A DNA stretch of 64,000 bases from Octopus bimaculoides (Eukaryota). The notes beneath the pieces were generated by a model. That model saw nothing but the letters and a program-made list of their open reading frames with translations. It searched no databases and was not told the origin of the DNA. The first letter of the stretch is position 1; each line of letters begins with the position of its first letter. The position numbers were made by a program, and so were the translations under genes. The stretch lies in the NCBI RefSeq assembly GCF_001194135.2, contig NC_068987.1, forward strand, positions 107,755,361-107,819,360. Direction: 5' to 3'. Shown piece after piece: positions 39,964-53,130 of this stretch.

Positions 39964-40281
39964 TCGTTATCTCACTACCTTTGTTTCTTCTCCACTCCTC
40001 TCATTGTGTGATATAAAGAGAGACATACGGATTAATGGGCATACTCCTCTCCTGTTTATGTATGTGTATGTATAACATATAAGCATACACACATACAAAC
40101 ATGCATATATACATATATACATATATATATATATACATATATATACATATATATACATACATATATACATACATATTTACATAGGCATTATTATTACTAT
40201 TATTCTCATCATCATAATATTACTATTACTAGCTATATTTGGTAGCAGCGTTATCATAAGGTTTGTGGACAACAAGTCTCC

Positions 40282-40900
40282 TCAAATCTTAATCATCTTT
40301 CTTAGGATTCTTACAGACAAAAAGACAGCAAATTTTGCAGGTGGACGATAGATGTCTCAATTCCACCATCTTTCAGTATTTTAGGTAACAGTTTGTGTTT
40401 TGTGCGAGGTTACCAATTATCATGGAATAGTTGTCATCTTGGTCTTCCACGATATCTTTAAAATTTTGGCTGACATTTCTCAATTGTTTCAATTCCTTTA
40501 CTACCCACTCTAATATCAAATGGCATTGCCAAGTGTATAATTTTACACTGTTTATTTATTTTGTCCTCCGTAATCATATCCGGTCATAGTGCTTTAGAAG
40601 AATGGTCAGTCGTTATGTAATTCGCATTCTCTATTACAGCATCTAGTTCGTGTTCGAATTAATTTCCTGTTACTATGAACCCTTACACTCGGTTAACATC
40701 CCAATTTATTAGTTAAACTATCCAGTTAGGCCTGCAATTATACTCTTTTTGTGCTATTATACTGTAATCACTCAAGATATTGTCAATATTTCATTTTCTT
40801 CCATACAAGTTCTGAATTTGCTTCATGACTTACCCTGATCAATATAGGCCGTCAGCCAATCCGTTCTGATGGTTTGATTTTGATATTTGGTATTTCCTTT
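40282..40900 (-). pseudogene. R4/Dong-type LINE 3' fragment (RLE endonuclease region)
   Basis: Across frameshifts: SIIAQKEY...EHELDAVIEN...TDHSSKAL*PDMITEDKINK...LAMPFDIRVGSK...TTIPMIIG...VRILRKMIKI*, a PD-(D/E)xK-type region. Confidence 0.75.
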
Positions 40901-40954
40901 CAAGTTACCGCCTGTCGGCCCCAACTATCGTTCTCCCCGACATGCCAAAATGGA

Positions 40955-41378
40955 ATACAAGTAGAATACAAATAGAATACAGTCATTTTACTGCAGCCAT
41001 GCTGGAGCACCGCCTTTAGTCGAAGAAATCGACTCCAGGACTTATTCTTTGTAAGCCTAGTACTTATTCTATCGGTTCCTTATGCCGAACCGCTAAGTTA
41101 CAGGGACGTAAACACACCAGCATCGGTTGTAAGCGATTTGGGGGACAAACACACAAACACACACACGTTCAAACACACAACACAAACACACAGACATACA
41201 GACAGACACAGACACATATATATACGATAGTCTTCTTTCAGTTTCCGTCTCCCAAATCCACTCACAAGGCTTTGGTCGGCCCGAAGCTGTAGTAGAAGAC
41301 ACTTGCTATACAGTGGGACTGAACCCAGAACCATGTGGTTAGTAGGCAAGTTACTTACTACACAGCTACTCATGCGCC
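40955..41378 (-). mobile_element. SINE family B, full length with small deletion
   Basis: Reverse complement starts GGCGCATGAGTAGCTGTGTAGT...GGGTTCAGTCCCAC and is collinear with 3203-3620. Confidence 0.9.
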
Positions 41379-41708
41379 TATATTTTATTTTGTNNNNNNN
41401 NNNNNNNNNNNNNNNNNNNNNNNNNNNNNNNNNNNNNNNNNNNNNNNNNNNNNNNNNNNNNNNNNNNNNNNNNNNNNNNNNNNNNNNNNNNNNNNNNNNN
41501 NNNNNNNNNNNNNNNNNNNNNNNNNNNNNNNNNNNNNNNNNNNNNNNNNNNNNNNNNNNNNNNNNNNNNNNNNNNNNNNNNNNNNNNNNNNNNNNNNNNN
41601 NNNNNNNNNNNNNNNNNNNNNNNNNNNNNNNNNNNNNNNNNNNNNNNNNNNNNNNNNNNNNNNNNNNNNNNNNNNNNNNNNNNNNNNNNNNNNNNNNNNN
41701 NNNNNNNN

Positions 41709-41742
<34 letters not shown>

Positions 41743-42179
41743 AACTTGTATATTTGTTCGTGTTTGTCTAATTCATGTTTAAAGTACTCCAGAGACAATA
41801 CTGTATAAAAAGTGGTCGTTTTCTCCTAATGTACGCCACGATGCATATACGAACATACGCCCGCACACTATCACATGCATAAATACATATATATTGCGCC
41901 AAGAATGAAATAATATATAGCAACCGAATCATAAAAACGTCCCGGAAGCTTCAAATAAATTAAATGTTCGCGGATTTTTTTCTAATTGAGTATATACAAA
42001 ACTCTCGTTCTCTTCACCTCAAACTTTAGAAAGTTATCTGTGCGGAGGTAAGTTTGGTAAAAACTCAGTCCATCTAGAAATAATCCTTCGGGAAGCTACT
42101 AGTAAACAATGCCTACTCCATCACCACCACCAACAACAACAACAGCAACAGTAGTAACAACAACAATATTTTTTTTACC

Positions 42180-42362
42180 ATAAGCACATGCCTGAAATTT
42201 TGAGAGAGGATATTTCGATTACACACAACTGTGTTCAACCGGTACTTATTTTATCAACGCCGAAAGGACAAAAGACAAAGTCGACCCAGGCGACATTTCA
42301 ACTCAGAACGTAAGGAAGGACGAAATTCCGCGAAGCTGACCATTCTGTCAGTTCACCGCCTT
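42180..42362 (-). mobile_element. SINE family A, degenerate
   Basis: GGTACTTATTTTATCAACGCCGAAAGG...AAAGTCGACC...AACTCAGAACGTAA...CACCGCC. Confidence 0.85.
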
Positions 42363-42599
42363 CATTAGTATTAAAAATAATCTCATGACTGGCTGCTGAC
42401 GAATTTTTCCGCCATATATGGATAGTTTATCCTGTTCATGCTATTGTATTAGCATTATCCTGTGTTTGCGAATAAATTATTTCTGTATCTTTCAATTGAT
42501 CTCAACGCTTCTGAAGCAAACTTTGTTTACTTTCATCGTAAGTTGAATAATAATAGATGTTTGTAAAGTACTCACACAGTCTTAAGTTTTGAACGTAGT

Positions 42600-42760
42600 G
42601 GCTTGGTCGATTATGTCGACCAACCTCATGACTGGTACTTAATGTTATCCATCTCAAAAGGATGGCAGTTCGAAGTGAACTTCAGTCGAATTTCAGCACA
42701 GAACGTGAAGAGGCGCAAACTATATCGCTAAATAATTATGCTCTACCGATTCTGTCACCA
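42600..42760 (-). mobile_element. SINE family A, very degenerate
   Basis: GTCGATTATGTCGACC...CTGGTACTTA...AAAGGATG...CAGAACGT...GATTCTGTCA. Confidence 0.7.
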
Positions 42761-44278
42761 CAAAATTATAACGATATATAAACCTCATTGATGTAGCGAA
42801 CGTTTTGGCAGCCACGTCTTGGAAAGCGAAAATGCCATCCTCTTTTCTTGAACGTAACATGGCTACAGTAAACACAACTCCATAGAGGGGCTACCCTTTG
42901 GCGATCGACATATCCCACGACTTCCACAATGTTAAAGTCATTGATAATAAACTCCTCGATTTTGAAGTCTAAATTTTGATCAAAACTTTATGGTAATGTG
43001 CATTTTTCGCAGTGTTGCACAACTGATTACAAGGGTAGATAATATATAATAATGCAAAATATCAGTTTTTGATATTTCATTTTGAATGAAATATTGCATA
43101 CAATAAAAGTGATCTATGTAATCTCTTAAATCTCTATAAACGTTTGGGCTTAAATAATGAAGGATGATTCACTATTTATAATATCTGATGAATGTTTCGC
43201 CTACCAAGCGTTTGAGCAATTCTTCTGTTGATGAATTAAAACTGATAAAATATGTCATTGAATGCTTTTCAGTATCAACAGTGAGAAGCTCTCTTTTAAT
43301 GAATGTAGCCTCATATCGTGAGGAACGAGCTGAAGATAAGCTTCAAGTAATGTCACATTCAGCAATAGCAGATTGATGAGAAAAGCTTTTCAAAGCAATA
43401 CATTGAAATTTATACACTTTAACGTGATGGCTGGTTTTGGCGTATCGCCTACTGATATTAGATTCAACGCTAAAGCCGTTTATAAGTAAATACCCCACAG
43501 CTTCATCTGTAAGAAATGAAAGCAATGAAACGAAGAAATAATGCTCCCTTTTTATCAATAGATATCACCTCCGTATCAAGGGGTGAATTGCTATGCTGCA
43601 GAAATATCTGGAAGACTAAAAAGAAAGTTAGCAGATGTCCATTGTATCTTACTACGTCAGCTACATCTTGAATGATGACCAAAAAAACAATTGATGTCTC
43701 ATCAGTTATTCATCGCCAGTGTGAGACACGCTCGTTGGAAATTTGTCACCATGACGATTAATGGTCAAGAAGAAAATAAACTGATGCACCATTATGCTAG
43801 ATAGTTTGGCTGGCACTTCAGGCTTTTATATAAATACAAACACCTCGTGCAATTTATATCCTTTTTTTTATTTAACGAAAGCGTTTAAGGGACAGAAAAC
43901 TGATCCTAGTTTGTGGCAAGGATGTTTGTGCAAGACAAGGAATGCGAAACAGGAAAACTAATCACTCGTAATACCTTAAGATGTCATCACCTGAAGAAGG
44001 GAAACATTTTCTTAACGTAGGTCTTGTCATTATTGCTGTTATTATTTTCAGATTTGGTATATTGATTCAGCTTTGTATACTAATTATGCAAATGAAATTC
44101 ATTTTCCCTATAAATCCATAATTAACAATTTATTAGCCTTTGAAATTTTAAAATTTGGGGATTTTAGCCAATCAGAAGCGAGTGTTTTACACGTCTCCGT
44201 GGCGAAAATGTCTGTTTCTATATTAACCAAAGATGCTGCGCATGCGCACAAGGAGGAAAAGGAGATACGAAAAGATAA

Positions 44279-44434
44279 TCTTATTACTATAATAATACTC
44301 TTGTGTTTTTCTCCGTTACAGCATATGAATGAGAAAGGAAAGAGTTACAGATGAATGAACAAAGTAACTGGTAGTGGGAGCGCTTGAACTCCGTGTCAGT
44401 ATATGTGTGTGTGTGTGAAAGGGAGGTGTGTGAA

Positions 44435-44478
<44 letters not shown>

Positions 44479-44608
44479 TGTGTGCAATGGAAGTGGGATG
44501 GTGAACATTCAACGCTGAAAACGAAAAATCAGCATTTTAGCTCTGTGTTAGGATATGCGTGTATGGGTATGCGTTTACAAGGGAAATAGCAATGTTTTGA
44601 CATGTAAG
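44279..44608 (+). mobile_element. Second copy of the Helitron-like element (3' end in gap)
   Basis: TACTATAATAAT.CTCTTGT.TTTTCTCCGT.AC...ATGAATGAGAAAGGAA...CAATGGAAGTGGGATGGTGAACATTCAACG is shared with 37256-37640. Confidence 0.75.
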
Positions 44609-45552
44609 NNNNNNNNNNNNNNNNNNNNNNNNNNNNNNNNNNNNNNNNNNNNNNNNNNNNNNNNNNNNNNNNNNNNNNNNNNNNNNNNNNNNNNNNNNNN
44701 NNNNNNNNNNNNNNNNNNNNNNNNNNNNNNNNNNNNNNNNNNNNNNNNNNNNNNNNNNNNNNNNNNNNNNNNNNNNNNNNNNNNNNNNNNNNNNNNNNNN
44801 NNNNNNNNNNNNNNNNNNNNNNNNNNNNNNNNNNNNNNNNNNNNNNNNNNNNNNNNNNNNNNNNNNNNNNNNNNNNNNNNNNNNNNNNNNNNNNNNNNNN
44901 NNNNNNNNNNNNNNNNNNNNNNNNNNNNNNNNNNNNNNNNNNNNNNNNNNNNNNNNNNNNNNNNNNNNNNNNNNNNNNNNNNNNNNNNNNNNNNNNNNNN
45001 NNNNNNNNNNNNNNNNNNNNNNNNNNNNNNNNNNNNNNNNNNNNNNNNNNNNNNNNNNNNNNNNNNNNNNNNNNNNNNNNNNNNNNNNNNNNNNNNNNNN
45101 NNNNNNNNNNNNNNNNNNNNNNNNNNNNNNNNNNNNNNNNNNNNNNNNNNNNNNNNNNNNNNNNNNNNNNNNNNNNNNNNNNNNNNNNNNNNNNNNNNNN
45201 NNNNNNNNNNNNNNNNNNNNNNNNNNNNNNNNNNNNNNNNNNNNNNNNNNNNNNNNNNNNNNNNNNNNNNNNNNNNNNNNNNNNNNNNNNNNNNNNNNNN
45301 NNNNNNNNNNNNNNNNNNNNNNNNNNNNNNNNNNNNNNNNNNNNNNNNNNNNNNNNNNNNNNNNNNNNNNNNNNNNNNNNNNNNNNNNNNNNNNNNNNNN
45401 NNNNNNNNNNNNNNNNNNNNNNNNNNNNNNNNNNNNNNNNNNNNNNNNNNNNNNNNNNNNNNNNNNNNNNNNNNNNNNNNNNNNNNNNNNNNNNNNNNNN
45501 NNNNNNNNNNNNNNNNNNNNNNNNNNNNNNNNNNNNNNNNNNNNNNNNNNNN

Positions 45553-45616
<64 letters not shown>

Positions 45617-45819
45617 CACATACATGCATATATATATACACCCACGCACATACTAAGATATATACACTACTGTAAATCATATAATTAGCTTTGGTTAGGA
45701 CACAAGCTATACTTATTTGTAAATGAAGACTAGGTTCACTAGTCTAATGCTTGAGAACTACTCACAAACTCATATGATAATGATAATATCTGATGCGATA
45801 TCCATACTGTAATACAGTG

Positions 45820-45894
<75 letters not shown>

Positions 45895-46707
45895 NNNNNN
45901 NNNNNNNNNNNNNNNNNNNNNNNNNNNNNNNNNNNNNNNNNNNNNNNNNNNNNNNNNNNNNNNNNNNNNNNNNNNNNNNNNNNNNNNNNNNNNNNNNNNN
46001 NNNNNNNNNNNNNNNNNNNNNNNNNNNNNNNNNNNNNNNNNNNNNNNNNNNNNNNNNNNNNNNNNNNNNNNNNNNNNNNNNNNNNNNNNNNNNNNNNNNN
46101 NNNNNNNNNNNNNNNNNNNNNNNNNNNNNNNNNNNNNNNNNNNNNNNNNNNNNNNNNNNNNNNNNNNNNNNNNNNNNNNNNNNNNNNNNNNNNNNNNNNN
46201 NNNNNNNNNNNNNNNNNNNNNNNNNNNNNNNNNNNNNNNNNNNNNNNNNNNNNNNNNNNNNNNNNNNNNNNNNNNNNNNNNNNNNNNNNNNNNNNNNNNN
46301 NNNNNNNNNNNNNNNNNNNNNNNNNNNNNNNNNNNNNNNNNNNNNNNNNNNNNNNNNNNNNNNNNNNNNNNNNNNNNNNNNNNNNNNNNNNNNNNNNNNN
46401 NNNNNNNNNNNNNNNNNNNNNNNNNNNNNNNNNNNNNNNNNNNNNNNNNNNNNNNNNNNNNNNNNNNNNNNNNNNNNNNNNNNNNNNNNNNNNNNNNNNN
46501 NNNNNNNNNNNNNNNNNNNNNNNNNNNNNNNNNNNNNNNNNNNNNNNNNNNNNNNNNNNNNNNNNNNNNNNNNNNNNNNNNNNNNNNNNNNNNNNNNNNN
46601 NNNNNNNNNNNNNNNNNNNNNNNNNNNNNNNNNNNNNNNNNNNNNNNNNNNNNNNNNNNNNNNNNNNNNNNNNNNNNNNNNNNNNNNNNNNNNNNNNNNN
46701 NNNNNNN

Positions 46708-46766
<59 letters not shown>

Positions 46767-46779
46767 ATGTGTGTATGTA

Positions 46780-46945
46780 GGTGCAGGCGTAGATATATGG
46801 TCAGAAGCTTGCTTCCCAACCACCTGGTCTCGGTTTCAGTTCCACTGCCTGGTGTCTTGAGCAAGCGTCTTCTACTCTAGCTTCGGGCCAACCAAAGCTT
46901 TGTAGATGGAATTGATAGACGGAAGCTGAAAGGAGCCCGTCGTAT
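46780..46945 (+). mobile_element. SINE family B, 5' half
   Basis: GGTGCAGGCGTAG...CTTGCTTCCCAACCAC...CTTCTACTCTAGCTTCGGGCCAACCAAAGC...CCCGTCGTATA. Confidence 0.85.
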
Positions 46946-47442
46946 ATATATTTATATACACACATACACATACATACATATATATGATTCTTTCTGTATT
47001 CATGATTGTATACACACTCGTGTGTATGGTTGGTTGTATACTGTTGGGTGTGTTTGTGTAGTAAAATTGCTAACAAATAAGAGGTCCTTATGAAGGTTCT
47101 TGCAAAAGTTTCCTGAATGTGTCTTTATGCTATTCAGTCAACGTCATGACTAACTCCGTAAAATATTGTGGTTGAGTATATCTCGGACTCATATAGTGTA
47201 ACCTAACACGTCGGTGGAATGTCTGTGAAAGATTGTGTAATAAGGATCATTCTTTTAATTGGAATTACCGTCCGTATGGCTGGTTTCAACACGATTTTTG
47301 ACTTCTAAAATATTTCATCCGAAAAGCCGTGGATGTTCTCGACGCGTAGTTAAATTAATCATGGAACCGAACGAATGATTCGCCAGAAAGGCATGTAAAC
47401 CATTCGACTTACAATAAATATGTACACACATTGATTTAAAAC

Positions 47443-47555
47443 GTTGGCTCAAGGCCAATAATTTCGGAGAAAGGCGTACGTCTATTCTACTGACCCCAGT
47501 GCAAAATCAACTTCGGCGGAGTTTGAACTCAGACCATAAAGACGGACGTAATATG
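47443..47555 (-). mobile_element. SINE family A, deleted
   Basis: GACCCCAGTG joins AAAATCAACTTCGGCGGAGTTTGAACTCAGA. Confidence 0.65.
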
Positions 47556-48449
47556 TAAATGCACAGCTATAAATTTTAAGACGGACGGTTTGAGAGGGAG
47601 TGCGGGGAGGCACAGAGGGACAGAGACAGACAGATAGACGCAGAGACAGAAAAAGAGAGAGACAGAGACAGAAACAGAGAGAGGGGGAGAGTGAGAGAAT
47701 GGAAAATGGCGTATTCACATCAATGAATGGGAACATAGACAGGCTTACACAAACACGCATTAATAAACACATGCACGCATTAATACGCACGCACACACAC
47801 GCGCTTTGCTACTCACGCACACGCACACGCACTTGCACGGAAACGTACAGATGCGAGATTGGTAGCTAAGCGACGGCGAATGAGAGATAAATAGAGGAGG
47901 GGAAAGCCGAGAGAAATGAGAGAATGATAGAGAGAAGCATAAAGTTAAACGACTGAAGTATGTGGGGGGGAGCAGGAGGGGAGTTGTTACGGTGTTAAAT
48001 AAACATCTAAATAAATAGCTAACTCTAACCTTCAACATCGGATGTAAATGTGTAGACATTCTGACACACATGCTTATACGCAAGCATAAACAGACACATA
48101 CACATACATGCCCGGACACACAGACATACAGAGAGGGAGAGAGGGAGAAGAAGAGAGAGGGAGGGAGAAAGAGAAAGGGAACGGAACGGAACGGATGTTT
48201 ACATAGTCATATTTAATCATATATACACACACACACCCTCTAACACGTACGTATATCTATAAATGTTCAAGCGTGTCTATTTATACACATACAAATACAT
48301 ACACACACTCATACATACACACACGTGTATATACATGTATGTATGTATGTATGTATTTTGTGCGTACGTACGTATGTATGTATTTTTGTGCGTACGTACG
48401 TATGTATGTACGTGCGTATGTATGTATGTATGTATGTATGTATCTATGT

Positions 48450-48590
48450 AAATATTGGTTTGAAATTTTGGCACATGGAGCCTCAGTACTCAACTGATGT
48501 TTATTTTACACACCTCGAGAGAATAAAAATCAAAGTCGACCTTAGCTGAATTTGAAATACTGCTAAACATTTTGCCCGTTGTGACACATA
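48450..48590 (-). mobile_element. SINE family A, degenerate
   Basis: AATATTGGTTTGAAATTTTGGCAC...CAGTACTCAACTG...AAAGTCGACCT. Confidence 0.7.
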
Positions 48591-48981
48591 CACGGATATA
48601 ACGTATGTATNNNNNNNNNNNNNNNNNNNNNNNNNNNNNNNNNNNNNNNNNNNNNNNNNNNNNNNNNNNNNNNNNNNNNNNNNNNNNNNNNNNNNNNNNN
48701 NNNNNNNNNNNNNNNNNNNNNNNNNNNNNNNNNNNNNNNNNNNNNNNNNNNNNNNNNNNNNNNNNNNNNNNNNNNNNNNNNNNNNNNNNNNNNNNNNNNN
48801 NNNNNNNNNNNNNNNNNNNNNNNNNNNNNNNNNNNNNNNNNNNNNNNNNNNNNNNNNNNNNNNNNNNNNNNNNNNNNNNNNNNNNNATATATATATATAT
48901 ATATAGGCTCAGAAATGGCTGTTTCGCAAGAAATTTTTCTTCCAACCACGTTCGATTAAAATGACACACACATATATTACT

Positions 48982-50009
48982 TACTGTTAATAAAGCCCGG
49001 ATGTGTTGTGTTCCGTTACTTAATAAATTTTGTTTAATGTATTTTAAGTATACAAGGATTGGGTAAACAAGCATTCAACGTATATTGAGTGTAGAACCGG
49101 ACAGGAGACAGACACAGAAGGTCTCTAATTCTTTATCAGTTATCAACCAGATGGTTTGACTCAGTTTCGCATCTTCGATGATAAGACTGGATACTTCCTA
49201 TGCTGCGGTGACCGCGAAAGTTGCGGAGAATAAAGGGCCGAGAGCAAACAAAACAATTCAGAGTGGTCATGCGAAATTGAATATATGTAATTTAAGACGA
49301 TGGACAAAGACGAAACAAACAAGAAATGAGCAAAATATAACCTCAGGGCCAAAAAGACAAGAACGGTGGCTAACACTCAGAATGCTCCTGAATGTTTAGA
49401 AAACAACAGATAGCAAGACTGTGGGAGACTGAGAATCTAGGACCGGTCCCCTACGCAACCGGTTTGAAAAACAGAGAGAAGAAGGGCTGGTCACGGGTCA
49501 AGTGTCAGCAGCAAGCAGAAGAAAAAGAGGGCAAGGGCGAGGGAGAGAGAGAGAGAGCGAGAGAAAGAAAACAAGAGAAGTAATGGAGGGTGAAAAAGGA
49601 GAAATGAGAAAGGCTAGAAATAGAAGTAAAATGGCGAGAGAGAGAGAAAAAAGGAGAAAGAGTGAAGGCTAGAAATAGAGTCGTACGAATATATAAAACC
49701 TACTGTTAATAAAAGCCGGGATGCGTTGCGTTCCGTTACTTAATAAATGAAAAAAATGTTTTGTAAATAAACAACGACAGGGGAAACACGCTTACAACAT
49801 ATACTTAGTGTACAACCGGACGGGAGACTGATACAGAAGGTCCCTAATTCTTCATCAGTTATCAGTCAGTTATCATTGCACTTTCAATGATAAGACTTAG
49901 AGTTTCCCATTCTGGCGGAACCCGCGAAAGTTGCGGAGATTATTGGGCCGAGAGCAAACAAAACAATACAGAGTGAGCATACGAAAGTGAATAACTGTAA
50001 TTGAAGACG
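48982..50009. repeat. Direct duplication of a unit of about 310 bp (48982-49299 and 49701-50009)
   Basis: Shared blocks TACTGTTAATAAA, TTCCGTTACTTAATAAAT, CAGAAGGTC.CTAATTCTT.ATCAGTTATCA, CCGCGAAAGTTGCGGAGA, GGGCCGAGAGCAAACAAAACAAT; period 719 bp. Confidence 0.9.
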
Positions 50010-50294
50010 TTACATATGTGTGTGTTTGTGTGTGGGGGGGCGTGTGTGTATGATTGGACTTTTTTCCCCGTCTGGACCGCTCCTCTGTAGTCTTTCTGAC
50101 AAACAGCCATACTCGAAACGTTATACACTCAATTTTTTTTCCATCTTATACTGAGTTTCAATCTAATATATTCCATGTGTTTCCGTCCTTTTGACTCTTG
50201 TTGTTTTGTTATTTGTTATTTTTAATTTACGATTNNNNNNNNNNNNNNNNNNNNNNNNNNNNNNNNNNNNNNNNNNNNNNNNNNNNNNNNNNNN

Positions 50295-50346
<52 letters not shown>

Positions 50347-50429
50347 TATGTGTGTGTGTATATACATTTATAAATCATACATGTAATATGTAATGACATG
50401 GGCCATAAATTGTTGCTGAAATGAGTTGA

Positions 50430-50555
50430 TGGTTAATATTGGTTCCAAAATTTGGCACAAGGCTAACCATTTCTGGAAGGGAGAAATCGATTACATCGAT
50501 CTCAAATCTCAACTGGTACTTATTTTATCGACCCCGAAAGGATGAAAGGCATAGC
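50430..50555 (-). mobile_element. SINE family A, 3' half
   Basis: ATCGATTACATCGA...CTCAACTGGTACTTATTTTATCGACCCCGAAAGGATGAAAGGCA. Confidence 0.85.
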
Positions 50556-51194
50556 TCACAGTTAATATTCTCAGAGGCACATCATTTGTTCATGGATATG
50601 TAGCCCTAGCCCATCACGCTCCCTCTCCTTTTGCTTTACACCCCAGTTTTTTCTTTTCCTCTTTTATCTCTATTTTTTTGTTTCTTTGTATTTAAATGTT
50701 ATAAAGAACATTAATATTTAAAAAGAAAGAAGTGAAACAAGAACAACGGCATTACACAGTGTCAACTGTTGTTCAAATAAGTGGGCGTGTGCATAAACCC
50801 TCACGCACATATTTATGCTTATAATCATACACATAACGGACAAGGTTACTAACAACTTATACATGACCAATTTCATGCTTCTGAAAATTTAGTACATGCG
50901 TCTTTTATGGTAGCTGCAGGTCGCTCGAAGCTTTGTTTATTGGGTTCATCAAAAGAGTATAGAAGCCTATAGCATGTGCCTGTAATTCAACGAATTTAGT
51001 CTTTTAGAGGATTCTGTCCAGAGATAAATATATTTATAGTTCGTCTCTTTGTGAACATTCAATCGTTTGTACTTATATTTTAAGAGATGGTTGTTTAGTA
51101 GTTCGAAAACCCTTGCTATTTATAGTGGAAACCGATCGAGTCTCCTAATACTGACTGCCAATGCATCTATGTGCGTAAATTAGTGTATATGTAT

Positions 51195-51350
51195 AGCTTT
51201 TACTTGTTTCACTCTTGAAATATGTTAGTGGAAGAAGCTAGTATTTATTCTATCAGTCACTTTGACCGAACCGCAACTTTAAGAGGACATAAACAGAACG
51301 ACAGCGATTGACAAACCGTTGTGGGAGACAAACTCAGACGCAAACATACT
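51195..51350 (-). mobile_element. SINE family B, degenerate 3' part
   Basis: TTTTACTTGTTTCA...CTAGTATTTATTCTATC...CCGAACCGC...GGACATAAAC. Confidence 0.6.
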
Positions 51351-51559
51351 AACGCACGCGCACACACAAGATAACACACACACATGGACACACGCATTCA
51401 TAAATATCTATCTATCTGTATGTTTGTATGTATGTATGTATGCATGTGCATCTTAATGTATATATGTATGTATTCATGACTGTATGCCTTAATCCTAAAT
51501 TTTATTTAAGAATTTTGGGGAGCAACTGACTTGGAAGACTTCTATTGTCGTTCAATGTT

Positions 51560-51740
51560 CGAAATGAGGAATTGATAGACAGCTGACAACTGATGAAGGG
51601 TCCTCTCTCTGTTTACTTATTCTGTTTTCCATATTTTTTTCTCCTTGTTTCTTTTTTGTTGTTTACGTATTTCACTCGTCTTTCTCCCGTTTGTTTACGT
51701 ATTTCATGTTATTTGCACCGTTGGTAACGTCCCTACTCAT
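51560..51740 (+). repeat. Interspersed repeat shared with 29686-29850
   Basis: See 29686; this copy retains CTGATGAAGG. Confidence 0.6.
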
Positions 51741-52244
51741 ATATGCATGAATAGATATATATATATTAATTATTATTTATGCATGTATGTATACATGTAT
51801 GTATGTATTTATGTATGTATTTATGTATATATCTATCTATTCATGTATGTATGCATGTATGTATATATGTATGTACAAACATACACACCGATGTATATAT
51901 CTGTCTATATATCTATTATGTATACGTATGTCTGTGCGCATGTGTGTCAGTACATAAATTGTAAGCTTATATTTATTGTTTATGTCGTCGCTAATTTGAA
52001 TAAAAGAAATTTATCAATAAAGGTGCTTAATTAATAAATGAATACTTGAAAATCAATTATAGCTACAATAACAAGCACATATTTGAAAGAAATAAAACGA
52101 ACTGACGACCGTCAAATATGTCAAACAAAACAGATATAAATAGCAAATTCTGGGTGTAAGTTTGTTTCGTTATTATGCGATGAATTTTTAACAAGCGGAA
52201 ACGATTATTAACATTTCTACTATGAGCACAGCCTGAAATGTGAG

Positions 52245-52400
52245 GGGAGGGAGATAGCTGATTACAGTGACTCCTATACTGAACTGCTATTATCGACCTC
52301 GAAAAAATGGAAGGCAAAGTCGACTTATGCGGAATTTGAAATTAAAATATAAAGGAAGACGAAAGCTGCTCACCACTTCGTCCGGCGTGCTAACCTTAAT
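52245..52400 (-). mobile_element. SINE family A, degenerate
   Basis: TATCGACCTCGAAA...GCAAAGTCGACT...GCGGAATTTGAA...CGTCCGGCGTGCTAAC. Confidence 0.8.
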
Positions 52401-52481
52401 AACCTTAATAACTGAAACGATAATAATAATAATAATAAATAATGATAATAATAATAATATTAATGATGATGATGATAACGC

Positions 52482-52692
52482 CTTTTACAGAAGGCACAAG
52501 ACCTGAAATTTGTGGGGAGGGGACTAGTCGATTACTTCGACCCCAGTGATTCGCTGGTACTTAATTTATCGACCCCGAAAGGTTGAAAGGCAAAGTCGAC
52601 CTCAGCGGAATTCGAACTCAGAACCTAGTGACGATCGAAATACTGCTTAACATTTCGTCCAGCGTGCTAACGATTCTCCCAGTTCGCCGCGT
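52482..52692 (-). mobile_element. SINE family A, full length
   Basis: Head GCGGCGAACTGGGAGAATCGTTAGC, B box GAGTTCGAATTCC, core and tail AAATTTCAGGTCTTGTGCC; flanked by (AAT)n. Confidence 0.92.
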
Positions 52693-52700
52693 TAAACAAC

Positions 52701-52780
<80 letters not shown>

Positions 52781-52920
52781 TGGTAAAGCAATAATAATAG
52801 TCTATGTATATGTACATAAGTATATACTTCTGACACTGTGTGTGTGAATGTGTTTGTGTGTATGTGTGTGTGTGAATGTGTTTGTTTGTATGTGTGTGTG
52901 TGTATGTGTGTTTATTTGTA

Positions 52921-53130
52921 GGCGAACGCGTGGCTGTGAGATTTACTTCCCAAACATGTGAGCCTTGGGGTCAGTACCCCAGCGTTGTACCTTCGTCAAG
53001 TGTCCTCCACTATAGCCCCGAGTCGACCAAGTCCTTGTGGCTAGACTTGGTAGAGGGAAACGGAAAGAATCCTATCCTGTTGCATGTCTTTGTGTTTGTT
53101 TTATACGATTGTTTGAGAACCGATATTGGT
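52921..53130 (+). mobile_element. SINE family B, degenerate 5' part
   Basis: GGCGAACGCGTGGCTGTG...CAAGTGTCCTCCACTATAGCCCCGAGTCGACCAA. Confidence 0.7.
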
